Source: Verrucomicrobia bacterium GWF2_51_19 (GTDB lineage Bacteria; Verrucomicrobiota; Verrucomicrobiia; Opitutales; UBA12508). From it: a stretch of 64,000 nucleotides of DNA. Positions 34,679-44,088 of this stretch are shown piece after piece (the first letter of the stretch is position 1; each line of letters starts with the position of its first letter). The notes under the pieces are model-generated. The model had not been told where the DNA came from, searched no databases, and saw nothing but the letters and a program-made list of their open reading frames with translations. Where the stretch lies: the NCBI GenBank assembly GCA_001831095.1, contig MIDP01000011.1:5608-69607 (forward strand), in the 5' to 3' direction. A program made the position numbers and the translations under genes.

Positions 34679-35433
34679 TGCAGTTGTTGTTTCTAGGAGA
34701 CATCGTTGGGCGCTCAGGTCGTGAGGTTGTCAAAAAGCAGCTCCCGCAGTGGCGCTCAAAGGGGGTTGATTTCGTCTTTGCCAATGGTGAAAACGCCGCC
34801 CACGGCTTTGGCATTACAAAGGGAGTCGCGCACGAACTCCGCGATATGGGTATCGACGCGCTCACGACGGGCAACCACGTCTGGGATCAGCGGTCATTTT
34901 TGCAGGACATCAACGATATTGACTTTGTCTGTCTGCCGGCCAATCTGCCCACACAGCAGCCAGGGAGGCGTCACATGATTGTTGAGCGCAATGGTAAAAG
35001 GGTGGGGCTATTCTGCCTCCTCGGACAGGCCTTTATGGCTGACAAGGTCAGCTGTCCATTCGAGATGGCCTCTAAAAAGGTTGCCGAGCTCGCCCCACTC
35101 TGCGACGCCATTGTCGTCGACTTTCACGCGGAAGCGACGGCCGAAAAAATGGCCCTCGGCTGGCATCTGGACGGCAAAGTCGACCTCATTGTCGGCACGC
35201 ACACCCACATTCCGACAGCCGACGCGCGCCTCTTGCCCAAAGGAACCGCCTACATCACCGACATCGGCATGTGCGGCTCCTACGACTCCATTCTGGGCTT
35301 CAATTACGACACCATTCTTCAAAAAGCCCTAGACGGATTGCCGCGCAAACACACCATTGCCACGGAAAACCTCAAGCTATCGGGCGTTCTAGTGTCGATA
35401 GGAAAACAGAACGCTATACAACTGATTTTTTAA
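34678..35433 (+). CDS. ymdB: YmdB-family metallophosphoesterase (2',3'-cyclic-nucleotide phosphodiesterase)
   Basis: LFLGDIVGRSGR, FANGENAAHGFGIT, TTGNHVWDQ, VDFHAEATAEK and GTHTHIPTAD match the TIGR00282-type pattern. Confidence 0.9.
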   Translation: MQLLFLGDIVGRSGREVVKKQLPQWRSKGVDFVFANGENAAHGFGITKGVAHELRDMGIDALTTGNHVWDQRSFLQDINDIDFVCLPANLPTQQPGRRHMIVERNGKRVGLFCLLGQAFMADKVSCPFEMASKKVAELAPLCDAIVVDFHAEATAEKMALGWHLDGKVDLIVGTHTHIPTADARLLPKGTAYITDIGMCGSYDSILGFNYDTILQKALDGLPRKHTIATENLKLSGVLVSIGKQNAIQLIF

Positions 35434-35436
35434 GCC

Positions 35437-36390
35437 ATGGAACTCGCCAATCTGTTTCCAGAAAGTATTCTCGAGCGGCCAATGCTCGTCGTTGGTCATA
35501 TACGCGCCGATGGTGATGCTATTGGGGCCCAAATCGCACTGTGTCGCGCGCTCAACGCCAAGGGCTTTCGGGCAAAGCTCTTGGTTGATAAAGACATTCC
35601 ACACAAATTCCTGCCATTTATCGGCGACACACCCAACGAGCCAGCCACGTCGTTCTCGTACAGTGGAGAGGCCATTTGCGCAGTTGACTGTGCTGGAAAA
35701 GAGCGCCTGTCGCCATTCTTCGATCAAGCGATCGACGTCAACATCGACCACCACAACCTCAATCCCAAATTCGCCACCCATAACTATGTCCAAACGGCCA
35801 GCTCTACCTGCGAACTCCTCGCCGAGCTCCTCCTCGACGCCCGGTGGCCCATTGACGCCGTGTCGGCAAATGCCCTCTACCTCGGCATCGTCACCGATTC
35901 TGGCCAATTCGTTCACACCGAAACGACTGCAGAGACGCACCGGATAGCCGCAACGTTGGTTGACCTAGGCGCCAAGCCAGAGGCCATTCACGACGTCCTC
36001 TATCAGCACGAATCGCTGCCAACCTACAAGCTCCTACAACGCTTTTTGGACTCCCTCCAGCTCTTTTGTGACGGTTCGCTATGCATCGGCATGCTCTTTC
36101 TTGCAGACTTTGCTGAAACCGGAACGACGCACGCAGCAACCGAAGATTTCGTCAATTATCCGCGATCGATCGACGGTGTAGCCATCTCTGCCTTTATCGA
36201 AGAAACACGCGATGGCACACGAGTCAGCATGCGCGCCCGTCAGCCGTCTGCACGCCTCGATCTCATTGCAAAAAACTTCGGCGGCGGTGGCCACCCATCT
36301 GCAGCTGGCTTTGCATCAAAGTTTTCACCTAACGATGTCGTCCCCGTCCTCGTGAAAGCCCTACAAAGACCGATACAAAATGATTTCTAG
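35437..36390 (+). CDS. nrnA: DHH-family phosphoesterase NrnA (oligoribonuclease/pAp phosphatase)
   Basis: GHIRADGDAIGA, VNIDHHN and GGGGHPSAAGF. Confidence 0.88.
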   Translation: MELANLFPESILERPMLVVGHIRADGDAIGAQIALCRALNAKGFRAKLLVDKDIPHKFLPFIGDTPNEPATSFSYSGEAICAVDCAGKERLSPFFDQAIDVNIDHHNLNPKFATHNYVQTASSTCELLAELLLDARWPIDAVSANALYLGIVTDSGQFVHTETTAETHRIAATLVDLGAKPEAIHDVLYQHESLPTYKLLQRFLDSLQLFCDGSLCIGMLFLADFAETGTTHAATEDFVNYPRSIDGVAISAFIEETRDGTRVSMRARQPSARLDLIAKNFGGGGHPSAAGFASKFSPNDVVPVLVKALQRPIQNDF

Positions 36391-36575
36391 CGGCGTTCTT
36401 CCCGCAGGCGCTTTATGTCGTTGTTATTCATCTAGTTAGCTCAAAGACCTGGGCGAAATGGATGCAAAAATGTGGCTTTGCGCGAGTACGATCTGCCGTA
36501 GCGTACATAAACGTACGTGAGGCAGTCGACGGAGAGCGAAACGCATTTTGGCGCCATTTCACCCAGGTCTTTGGG
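36385..36575 (-). repeat. R2-linker-(R1 remnant) composite repeat (C4)
   Basis: On the minus strand it starts directly after the stop (36576-36578) of ORF 36576..37310. The R1 remnant tctagcggcgttct contains the nrnA stop codon. Confidence 0.85.
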
Positions 36576-37310
36576 TTAAAACGTCATTTCGAGCTCAAAC
36601 AAGTCTACGCTGAATGGAGCGATTTTACGGCCCTCTTCGGCGGCAGGCGATAGGCGGCAATGCAACGATTCGGGTGTTGCTGTATGCGCGTAGAAATGCA
36701 CATTTTGCGACAAGGGCCAATTGACTTCAATGCCGTCTTCTTCATTCAGAGAGCGGCACCGCACACGACTTTCCTTAAACTGGCCAAAGGTGTGATTCAA
36801 GGTGTCAACGGGGAAGTCGACCTGCTTGGCGAGTGCTTGCTCGAGGCATTTCCGCGCCGGTACGTTCAGGACATAGTGGGCCTGTGTCGTCTGTTCGAGC
36901 CAAGGAATGGCCCATTGAAAGTTCCATTGCGGATGCCAATACAGCGTCCGCTCCGTCCGGTTATCGAGCTCCAGGCGCGCCTTCAATGAGAATTCGTTGA
37001 AATCATAGGTCAGCGTGCAGAGGCAACGCTCGCCACGTTTTTCCAACCGACATTGACGCTCCGTGAGATGCAAGACTTGAAAGGTTTCGGGAAACTGGCA
37101 TTCGGTGCAAAAGTCTGCCCACAGGCCATTGTTGTGGCCATTTTCATGAAAAAATAACACGTCCCGCGTCTGTGTATTGCCGAGCAGGAGGTGCCAATTC
37201 AACAAGTGGCCCGTCTTCAAATGCACTATAAAGCGCGAGGGCCCACGTTCGATCGTCGCAAGGTCTGTATGCATGACACCCATTCGAGCACGTTTTGGAG
37301 ATTTATTCAA
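36576..37310 (-). CDS. hypothetical protein
   Basis: 244-aa ORF with ordinary composition. No family recognised. The start lies 31 nt from the left terminus of A5. Confidence 0.6.
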   Translation of the reverse strand: MNKSPKRARMGVMHTDLATIERGPSRFIVHLKTGHLLNWHLLLGNTQTRDVLFFHENGHNNGLWADFCTECQFPETFQVLHLTERQCRLEKRGERCLCTLTYDFNEFSLKARLELDNRTERTLYWHPQWNFQWAIPWLEQTTQAHYVLNVPARKCLEQALAKQVDFPVDTLNHTFGQFKESRVRCRSLNEEDGIEVNWPLSQNVHFYAHTATPESLHCRLSPAAEEGRKIAPFSVDLFELEMTF

Positions 37311-37340
37311 CTTCTTATTGATTGTGGTTCAAATCACAAT

Positions 37341-37657
37341 AATCATTAGCGAAAAACAAGTCATACCGACCGCTTCCCATTTCTAATTGAGGCTTACATG
37401 GTCATGTGTGCTCTAATTTAAATTTCACCAAATGGTGAAATCGACTTCCTGAATTTTTAACCGGTCCGCGTCTGCAAGACTCCCTCGATGCGCCATTGGA
37501 GAGATTGACGGATCTATGGAGCCGTTTGTGGCGCACTCCTTCTGTATCCGAGAGCGGCTTTGGCTGATTTTTTAAAAAATATTGGATATTGATGAGGGTT
37601 TTAAATATTTATTTTTTTGTATTTAATGTCTAATATAGTTTTAAAACAAAAAGTCAA
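37341..37657 (-). ncRNA. candidate outward transcript H9 (leader Y, long tail, diverged core)
   Basis: Minus-strand TTGACT 37657..37652, 14 nt, TATATT 37637..37632. The core carries several substitutions, including a compensatory G-C to A-T change in the CGCCG/CGGCG stem. Confidence 0.3.
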
Positions 37658-37906
37658 GCTTTTTCGCAATAAATCAGAGATACCAGATTCATAGTCGAAA
37701 GGCACAATGCCATAACGCCCAACGCAGCATCAAAGTCGTCGAGTTGCAGCACATAAGCTCGTTGCAGCCCGGCGTGCGGAAACAAAGCTGTCTAGCTATA
37801 ACGCCCAAGCTAGTTGCAGCCTAGTACAAGAGAATCGAGATTGTTTTTGTGGATTATGTAAATATTAAAAGAGCTTTTGCCTCGCCGAAAATTTTTACGA
37901 AAAAGC

Positions 37907-38171
37907 TTGACTTTTTATAAAAATACTATAGTCGAGTATTTTATCTAAAAACAGCGACAAATCCATTTCAAGCTCTTGTTTTTACAGCCATAGCCGCTCT
38001 CGGATGTAGAAGGAGTGCGCCATCAAAGGCTTCCTAGACCCGCCGAGCTCTCTAACGGCGCATCGAGGGCGTGTTGACACACGCAGAGTTGGATGGAGTT
38101 GGTACTTGTAATGGCGCATTCAAGGGAGCATCGGAAAACCGATGCGCGGTAATAAAATTTCGCTAATGATT
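37907..38171 (+). ncRNA. candidate outward transcript H10 (leader X, short tail)
   Basis: TTGACT 37907-37912, 14 nt, TATAGT 37927-37932. Followed by the core, GCGTGT-tgac-ACACGC, and the hairpin GaGCATCGG-aaaa-CCGATGCGC. Confidence 0.3.
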
Positions 38172-38415
38172 GTGGTTCAAATCACAACAATGCATTGAAT
38201 ATGGGGATTGTTTTTGTTGACAATAACGTTTCTATTTTTACTCTGCCTTCTTGAGTTAAGTGCTTGTGTCGCATCTTTTTACATTACATCTCCGCTCGCT
38301 ACCACTCTTTTCGTCCGAGTGTTGCACTTCATTGTTTAATTGGCGTGAGGTACATGCGGTACGTGACTTAGCTCGAACGACGAGAGCGCCGCTACCAATT
38401 TTGCCAATGTCTTTT

Positions 38416-39378
38416 TTATGTTAGGAAGTTGTAGAGCTTCCGTGTCATCACCTCAGCCGTAGCGTTTTTGAGAATGTAGGCATAGCCTCTTTCTGCAATG
38501 GCCTGCCGTTCTTCTGGATGGGCTAAATAATAGCGAATTTTGTCTTCTAAATCTTTACCGCCCTCAGAGCAGACGACGCCGTCAAGGAGGCCTTTTTCGG
38601 ACTCGGGAATGCGGTCCGTGATCAGAAACCCCTTACAGGCGAGCACTTCGATGATGCGCAGATTGAGGGCCCCCATATTGACGCTGTCTTGGAGCGTAAA
38701 GTTCAAATTGACGCGCGTGTTGCTGTAAAGAATGGGCACTTTATCTTGGTCAATCTTGCCTGTGGCGATTTTCGCCAACTTGCGCTGATACGATTTTCGC
38801 CAAAAGAGAAAGGTATTTTTTAGTTTTTTCCTCAAACTCCAGCGCTTCCAGTTGCCAAAAAGCCCCAATTTAAACTGGGTTGCAGGCATGAGATAAAGCG
38901 TTGTCCGCTCTTCGCCCTTGATGTCGTTGCCAACATAGGAACAGTCGAACGCGTATGCCGGATCGGCTGCACGCGGATAAAAGTGTTCGGTATCTACTCC
39001 GAAAGGCAAATAGATGGCAGGTTCCGGTCTTTGAAGCGATTGGTGCAAATGCAGAAGGGATTCGGCGTGAAAGAGGTAGCCGTCAAAATGCATATTGTAG
39101 AGGCTTTGCAGGACATTATGGCCGCCGTCGCCCATGCCATTTTGCAGGTAAAAGATGTGTTTTTTCGCCCAGGCGTGGTTGGGGACCACAATGTTCATGT
39201 AAATCATGACGTCGAGTGGCTCTTGAGGCAAGTGATCGGGCGCGTACAAATCGGCCTCTACGCCCGGGTAGCGATTGAGGTATTTGATGCACGACAGGCT
39301 CAAAAGCTCTTCGCCAATCACATTGCGTTTGGCGTCCAATGATCCACGATTCCATGCTAGGCAAAATCCAATTTTCAT
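38416..39378 (-). CDS. glycosyltransferase, CgeB/Glyco_trans_1_2-like
   Basis: The C-terminal region LNLRIIEVLACKGFLITDR...LEDKIRYYLAHPEERQAIAERGY resembles the CgeB-type GT domain. The start was moved to ATG 39378 (MKIGFCLAW), 4 nt after the cysS stop. The track start at 39474 would overlap cysS. Confidence 0.7.
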   Translation of the reverse strand: MKIGFCLAWNRGSLDAKRNVIGEELLSLSCIKYLNRYPGVEADLYAPDHLPQEPLDVMIYMNIVVPNHAWAKKHIFYLQNGMGDGGHNVLQSLYNMHFDGYLFHAESLLHLHQSLQRPEPAIYLPFGVDTEHFYPRAADPAYAFDCSYVGNDIKGEERTTLYLMPATQFKLGLFGNWKRWSLRKKLKNTFLFWRKSYQRKLAKIATGKIDQDKVPILYSNTRVNLNFTLQDSVNMGALNLRIIEVLACKGFLITDRIPESEKGLLDGVVCSEGGKDLEDKIRYYLAHPEERQAIAERGYAYILKNATAEVMTRKLYNFLT

Positions 39379-39382
39379 TTTA

Positions 39383-40768
39383 TTAAAGTTTGACAAGATT
39401 AAATGAATCCTTGCCGTCGAGCATTTGCCAGCCGAGGGACTGGATTTGGGCGCGGAGGGAGTCCGCGAGGGCAAAGTCTTTTGCTTGTTTGGCTTGCCAG
39501 CGTTGGTGAGCGAGTTGGAGGACGGCTTCCGGGGCAGATTGAGGGGCTGCCATCTTGAATCCGAAGAGAAAGAGCAGGGCGCGGAATTCGTGGATTAAGC
39601 CAGGAGTGTCGAGGTCCACTTGAGGCAGAGAGGAGAATAGCTCGCCGAGTGCCTGTGGTGTGTTCATGTCATTTTGAATGGCTTCCCAGGTGGGCTTAAA
39701 GACGTTCCACTGTGTAAACGGAAATGTGGGTGAGGTGTTGATTTGGGAGAGCTCTGTCCGCGTATGTTCAAGTAGCTTGTGGGCAAACTTCTCAATGCGT
39801 GACAGCGCACTTTGAGCGGCGCCCAGGCTGTCGAGCGTGAAGTTGAGCGGCTGCGAATAATGGCCGGAGAGCAACAGATAGCGCACAGAGTCTGTGGAAA
39901 AGCCTTGTTTTTCAAGATCTTCGAGCGTATAGAGGTTGCCGAGGCTCTTTGACATTTTCTTGCCATCAACCGTCAGGTGAGTCGTGTGAAACCAATGCCG
40001 GACAAAGGGCTTGCCCGTGGCACCTTCGGACTGGGCGATTTCGTTTTCGTGGTGCGGGAAAATGAGGTCGATGCCGCCGCCGTGGAGGTTAAAGGTTTCG
40101 CCGAGGTAATGCATGGACATAGCGCTGCACTCGATGTGCCAGCCGGGGCGTCCTTTTCCCCATGGACTTTCCCAAAAAACGTCACCGTCGTCAGCCTTGT
40201 GCGCCTTCCAGAGGGCAAAATCGCGGACGTTATCGCGGTCGTACTCGTCGACGTCGTTGACGTGGCCAGCGCTGTTCGTCGACTGCGTCCGGAGATTTTC
40301 CGGGCTAAGTTGGGTGAGTTTACCATAATCCTTGTAGGCGGCAACGCGGAAGTAGACAGAGCCATTCTCTACGTACGCCAGGCCGCGTTCGATCAATTTT
40401 TGAATCAGCTGAATCTGCTGAACGATGTGGTCCGTCGCGCGCGGTTGCTGGTGCGGCGAGAGCAGGTTGAGCTTGTTGCAGTCGTCGAGGAAGCGCTGCG
40501 TCCATTGCTCGGTAAACTTTTTGAGAGACAGGCCCGCTTGCTGTGAGCGCAGAATGGTCTTGTCATCGACGTCTGTGATGTTGCGCACGTGGACGGGCGC
40601 GTAACCAGCGAGTTCGAGGGCTCTGCGGAGGACATCTTGCAAAATAAAGGTCCGGAAGTTCCCAATGTGCGCCGGGCCATAGACCGTTGGACCGCAGCAA
40701 TAAAAGCCAAAGGGCTTTTCCCTGGAAAGTTCCTTGATCTGCCGCGTCAATGTGTCCTTCAAAAACAT
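39383..40768 (-). CDS. cysS: cysteine--tRNA ligase
   Basis: Class I HIGH motif (PAHIGNFRT) and KMSKS motif (KMSKSLGN). 461 aa. Confidence 0.96.
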   Translation of the reverse strand: MFLKDTLTRQIKELSREKPFGFYCCGPTVYGPAHIGNFRTFILQDVLRRALELAGYAPVHVRNITDVDDKTILRSQQAGLSLKKFTEQWTQRFLDDCNKLNLLSPHQQPRATDHIVQQIQLIQKLIERGLAYVENGSVYFRVAAYKDYGKLTQLSPENLRTQSTNSAGHVNDVDEYDRDNVRDFALWKAHKADDGDVFWESPWGKGRPGWHIECSAMSMHYLGETFNLHGGGIDLIFPHHENEIAQSEGATGKPFVRHWFHTTHLTVDGKKMSKSLGNLYTLEDLEKQGFSTDSVRYLLLSGHYSQPLNFTLDSLGAAQSALSRIEKFAHKLLEHTRTELSQINTSPTFPFTQWNVFKPTWEAIQNDMNTPQALGELFSSLPQVDLDTPGLIHEFRALLFLFGFKMAAPQSAPEAVLQLAHQRWQAKQAKDFALADSLRAQIQSLGWQMLDGKDSFNLVKL

Positions 40769-40914
40769 GCCTCAGAGTACATCAACCGAGCCAAAAAAGT
40801 CAAGTTTTAGCGCCCGGCGATTTCACAAAATCAAACCTTAACGATCGAGCAGAAACCTCACTCTAAGGGTGCAAAACGTTGCACTTCATTGTTTCACTGA
40901 CGACGGTGAGCGAA

Positions 40915-41883
40915 CTAATACATTGTCACTTCGGACTTCTGCATGAGGAAGCGGCGGATTTCGGGAATGGTGTCTTCAACGGCGTCGTCGAGGACGTAGT
41001 GGCCAGCGTACTCGTAAATAATTGTTTTGGCGTTTGGGAAAAAGGACTGCCAGCGCTTGAGAAAGACCTTCGTAAAGCAGAAGTCGAGCCCTCCCCAGAG
41101 AATGAGAATGGACTTGTGTTGCAGCAGCCAGAGCGTCTCTTCGATCTTTGTGATCGTGTCGTAGCTGCGGTGGTTTGGAGTGAGCGGGATGTCTTTAATA
41201 AAATTCCAGATGGCGACGCGGTTGCGCCAGCTGTCGTAGGGAAACAGGTAACCGCGCTTTTCTTCGGCTGTCAGGCCTCGTGGAGCTGCCATGGATGTTG
41301 CCATTCTCGCAAACAGATTGAATCCGCGGACCAAGATTGGACCCAAAATGGGCGTTTTGCACAACAGAATGCGGAAAGGAATGGCCGTCGAGTGAAAAGC
41401 AGCCGTGTTGAGAATGACGAGGCTCTTCAACCGAGCTGGCCAACGTTGCGCGATGGCCATGCCGATAGCCCCACCCCAATCGTGGACGACGAGGTGGTAG
41501 TGCTTGATGTTCAGCGATTCTAAAAGCTCTATCGTGCGTTCGATGTGCTGATCCAGCGTGTAGAGGTCCTCTTGTGGCTTGTCGGAAAGGCCGCAGCCGA
41601 GGTGGTCCGGGACGATGCAGCGGTAATATTTTTTGAGCTCTTTAACGAGATTGCGGTAATAAAACGACCACGTCGGGTTTCCATGAAGCATGACAACGAC
41701 CTCGCCATGGCCTTCATCCAAGTAATGGAGGCGATAGCCAGTGCCTTTAAGCCTGTAGTAATGACTCTCGAAAGACCATTGCAAAATGTCACACGGCGTT
41801 CTCGTCGTTCGGGCTAAGTCACGTACCAACGTACGCTCCTGTCGCCCTCGCTTCTCGGGCCTTGCTATAGAGCCATTTTGCAA
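40915..41883 (-). CDS. alpha/beta hydrolase, haloalkane-dehalogenase-like (OleB-like)
   Basis: MLHGNPTWSFYYRNL and VVHDWGGAIGMA (Asp nucleophile). The first ~37 codons of the track ORF are the translation of repeat C5, so the true start may be TTG 41784. Confidence 0.8.
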   Translation of the reverse strand: MQNGSIARPEKRGRQERTLVRDLARTTRTPCDILQWSFESHYYRLKGTGYRLHYLDEGHGEVVVMLHGNPTWSFYYRNLVKELKKYYRCIVPDHLGCGLSDKPQEDLYTLDQHIERTIELLESLNIKHYHLVVHDWGGAIGMAIAQRWPARLKSLVILNTAAFHSTAIPFRILLCKTPILGPILVRGFNLFARMATSMAAPRGLTAEEKRGYLFPYDSWRNRVAIWNFIKDIPLTPNHRSYDTITKIEETLWLLQHKSILILWGGLDFCFTKVFLKRWQSFFPNAKTIIYEYAGHYVLDDAVEDTIPEIRRFLMQKSEVTMY

Positions 41884-42032
41884 CGGTCTTTCCTTTCGTG
41901 TAAGTTGTTAATGCGCAAAAGACCTATGATAAATGTTCTCAAAGTTTGACTTTGCGCGAACACAACCTGGCGTAGCGTACATAGACGTACTTGAGACAGT
42001 CGTCGCAGAGAAAAACGAGCTTTCACGGCATT
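41772..42032 (-). repeat. R2-linker-R1 composite repeat (C5)
   Basis: On the minus strand R2 begins inside the last 5 codons of the OleA-like gene and supplies its TGA (42025..42023). The R1 part is 41772-41895. Confidence 0.9.
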
Positions 42033-43081
42033 TTGCATAAATCTCTTCCAGGAAAGTATTCTAGCGCCAACATGAGTGAGCTGAGTCCGCTGCCAATGCC
42101 GAGCAGGGCGATCTTTTCGCTGACATCGAGGGCCTTCGATTCGAGTGATTTGGCCAGCGTAATGGGCAGAGAAGCCGACCCGATGTTGCCCAGGAGGGTG
42201 AATGTCGAAAAGTCTTTGGAAATGTCGAGTGAGAGGGCCTCGTAGAGGCGCCTGAGGTGCTGCTTGCCGACCTGGTGGCAGATGATGCGTGACGGCGTCA
42301 ATTCATTCCAGCCAGATGTCTTTTTAAACTTGTTCCAAGCTCGTTTGGCGACCTGTATGCCAGCCTCCAGTAGTTCCTCTGCGTGCGTCTGCATGGCGAG
42401 GCCATCCTCGTCGCTCCCCTCGCAGAGATCATTGACACTCGTATCGGTCTCGACGCAGGCATTTAGAATCGACAGGGCCGGCTTTGGGGCTAAATCTTTG
42501 TGTGTGATCATGGCCGCAACGGCGCCTGCCCCAATGGTCAAATTGGCGAAAAACGGCTTGATTTGCTTGCGCGAAAGGTGAGGCTTGAGGAGCTCTTTAA
42601 GCGTCCACTCCTGTAATGGCCGGCCATTTTCTCCAGAAACGATCAGCGCCGACTGGATTTGGCCACTCTCGATCATGCCAGCCGCGAGCACCATGGCGTT
42701 TAAAAAGCCCAAACAGGCGTTGGAGACGTCGAGGATTTGCGTGCGGCTCGTCAATTGCAGGTTTTTGTGGACATAGGCGGCCGTTGATGGCTCGACGCGA
42801 TCGCGGCAAACAGACGCATTGATGAGCATGTCAACCTTGTCCCGAGAGACGCCACTGATGTCAAACAGCTTTTCGGCGGCCAGAGAGGCGGCCTTCGACG
42901 GCTTCAACGACTTTGGCCAAAATCGGCGCTCGAGAATGCCCGTCATGAGCTCCAATCGCCCAAATGGCAACTTCAAACGCTCATAGAGCGGCGCCAACAC
43001 CATTTCGACGGCGGCTGATGTCCACGTCTCCGCTGGCAACTCATAGGCAATGGATTCAATGACTACATTTAAAAACTTCAT
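42023..43081 (-). CDS. 3-oxoacyl-ACP synthase III family thiolase, OleA-like
   Basis: Active-site Cys context VSNACLGFLNAM, His context ICHQVGKQH, and Asn context LGNIGSASLPITL...IALLGIGSGLSS. The start was chosen at ATG 43081 (MKFLNVVIESIAYELP), which overlaps the fabI end by 26 nt. Confidence 0.8.
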   Translation of the reverse strand: MKFLNVVIESIAYELPAETWTSAAVEMVLAPLYERLKLPFGRLELMTGILERRFWPKSLKPSKAASLAAEKLFDISGVSRDKVDMLINASVCRDRVEPSTAAYVHKNLQLTSRTQILDVSNACLGFLNAMVLAAGMIESGQIQSALIVSGENGRPLQEWTLKELLKPHLSRKQIKPFFANLTIGAGAVAAMITHKDLAPKPALSILNACVETDTSVNDLCEGSDEDGLAMQTHAEELLEAGIQVAKRAWNKFKKTSGWNELTPSRIICHQVGKQHLRRLYEALSLDISKDFSTFTLLGNIGSASLPITLAKSLESKALDVSEKIALLGIGSGLSSLMLALEYFPGRDLCKMP

Positions 43082-43856
43082 GATTGAAAGCGGAGACGAC
43101 GGTTTTGTCGAAATAGTTGATGTCCATTCCGGCGTTGACGACGATGGCCTGTGCGTTGATGCCACTGGAGGCGGTGCTCAGGAGAAAGAGGGCGGTTTTG
43201 GCAACCTCTTCGGTCTGGACAGCTTTTTTGCGAAACGTCAGCTGCTCTGCAAAGAGGTAGTTGTCCAAAAAGCCGGGAATGCCTGCCGACGCGCTCGTCT
43301 TGAGCGGGCCAGCGTTGACGGTGTTGAAGCGGACACGTGTGTCGGCGCTGAAAGACTGGGCTAAAAAGCGTATGCAGCTGTCGAGGGCGGCCTTCACTGG
43401 GGCCATGTAGCCGTAACTTTCGGCCGTCACTTGCGATGAGATGCCAATGGCGACCACGGAGGCATCGGGATTTAGGAGCGGCTTGAGAGCGTTGCTGACT
43501 TCGACCAATGAAAAGGCTGAAATCTGCATGGCTTGGAGGAAATCGCGGCGTGGCGTCTCGTGGAACGGCTTACCCGTGTAGTTGGCAAACGCGATGGAAT
43601 GCACAATGCCATCGAGTGGGCCAACGTTGTCCCTTATCGAATGCGCCAAAGAGGCGACATCGGCCTCCTTTTCGACGTCGCAAACGAAGAGCGGCTCTGT
43701 GACCTTTCCCAAGAGCGACTTTAGGCGTTCCTCAGAGCGCACACTGTAGGCAACACGCGCCCCTGCAGCCATCAATAAGTGCCCGATGGCCCATGCTACG
43801 CTCTTCCGATTGGCCAAGCCCATGACCAGGAAAGTTTTGCCCTCTAACGCTAACAT
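43056..43856 (-). CDS. fabI: enoyl-[acyl-carrier-protein] reductase FabI
   Basis: 266 aa with an N-terminal Rossmann region GKTFLVMGLANRKSVAWAI and an overall FabI-type SDR layout (YGYMAPVKAAL). Confidence 0.88.
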   Translation of the reverse strand: MLALEGKTFLVMGLANRKSVAWAIGHLLMAAGARVAYSVRSEERLKSLLGKVTEPLFVCDVEKEADVASLAHSIRDNVGPLDGIVHSIAFANYTGKPFHETPRRDFLQAMQISAFSLVEVSNALKPLLNPDASVVAIGISSQVTAESYGYMAPVKAALDSCIRFLAQSFSADTRVRFNTVNAGPLKTSASAGIPGFLDNYLFAEQLTFRKKAVQTEEVAKTALFLLSTASSGINAQAIVVNAGMDINYFDKTVVSAFNHEVFKCSH

Positions 43857-43879
43857 ATTTATTAAAACCGATGCCCATG

Positions 43880-44088
43880 GCCCACCGCGCTCTCGTCGTT
43901 CGGGCCTTGCCGTTCATTGTTTCAACAGTCTTACTTCTTGTAAGTTGTTCATTTGCAAAGACCGATGTAAAAATGGATGTAAAAATGTGGCTTTGCGCGA
44001 GTACGATCTGCCGTAGCGTACATAGAGGTACGTGAGGCAGACGGCGCAGCGCGAAACGCATTTTTGCGCCATTTTACATTGGTCTTAT
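43880..44088 (-). repeat. R2-linker-(R1 remnant) composite repeat (C6)
   Basis: On the minus strand it starts directly after the fabZ stop (44088-44090). The R1 part has an internal deletion. Confidence 0.85.

Larger units (their letters stand above)
37341..38171. repeat. A-element copy A5 (831 bp, complete, degenerate single central repeat)
   Basis: Termini are AATCATTAGCGA (37341-37352) and TCGCTAATGATT (38160-38171). Flanked by the 19-bp direct repeat attgtggttcaaatcacaa (37321-37339 and 38169-38187). Confidence 0.92.

Noticed and set aside
40879-41523. 214-aa plus-strand ORF (also 39977..40546, 35389..35940, 62638..63264, 11945..12355 and similar)
   Set aside because: Each is antisense to, or out of frame within, a well-supported conserved gene (hydrolase, cysS, nrnA, lolE, fliI). 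None has family motifs.
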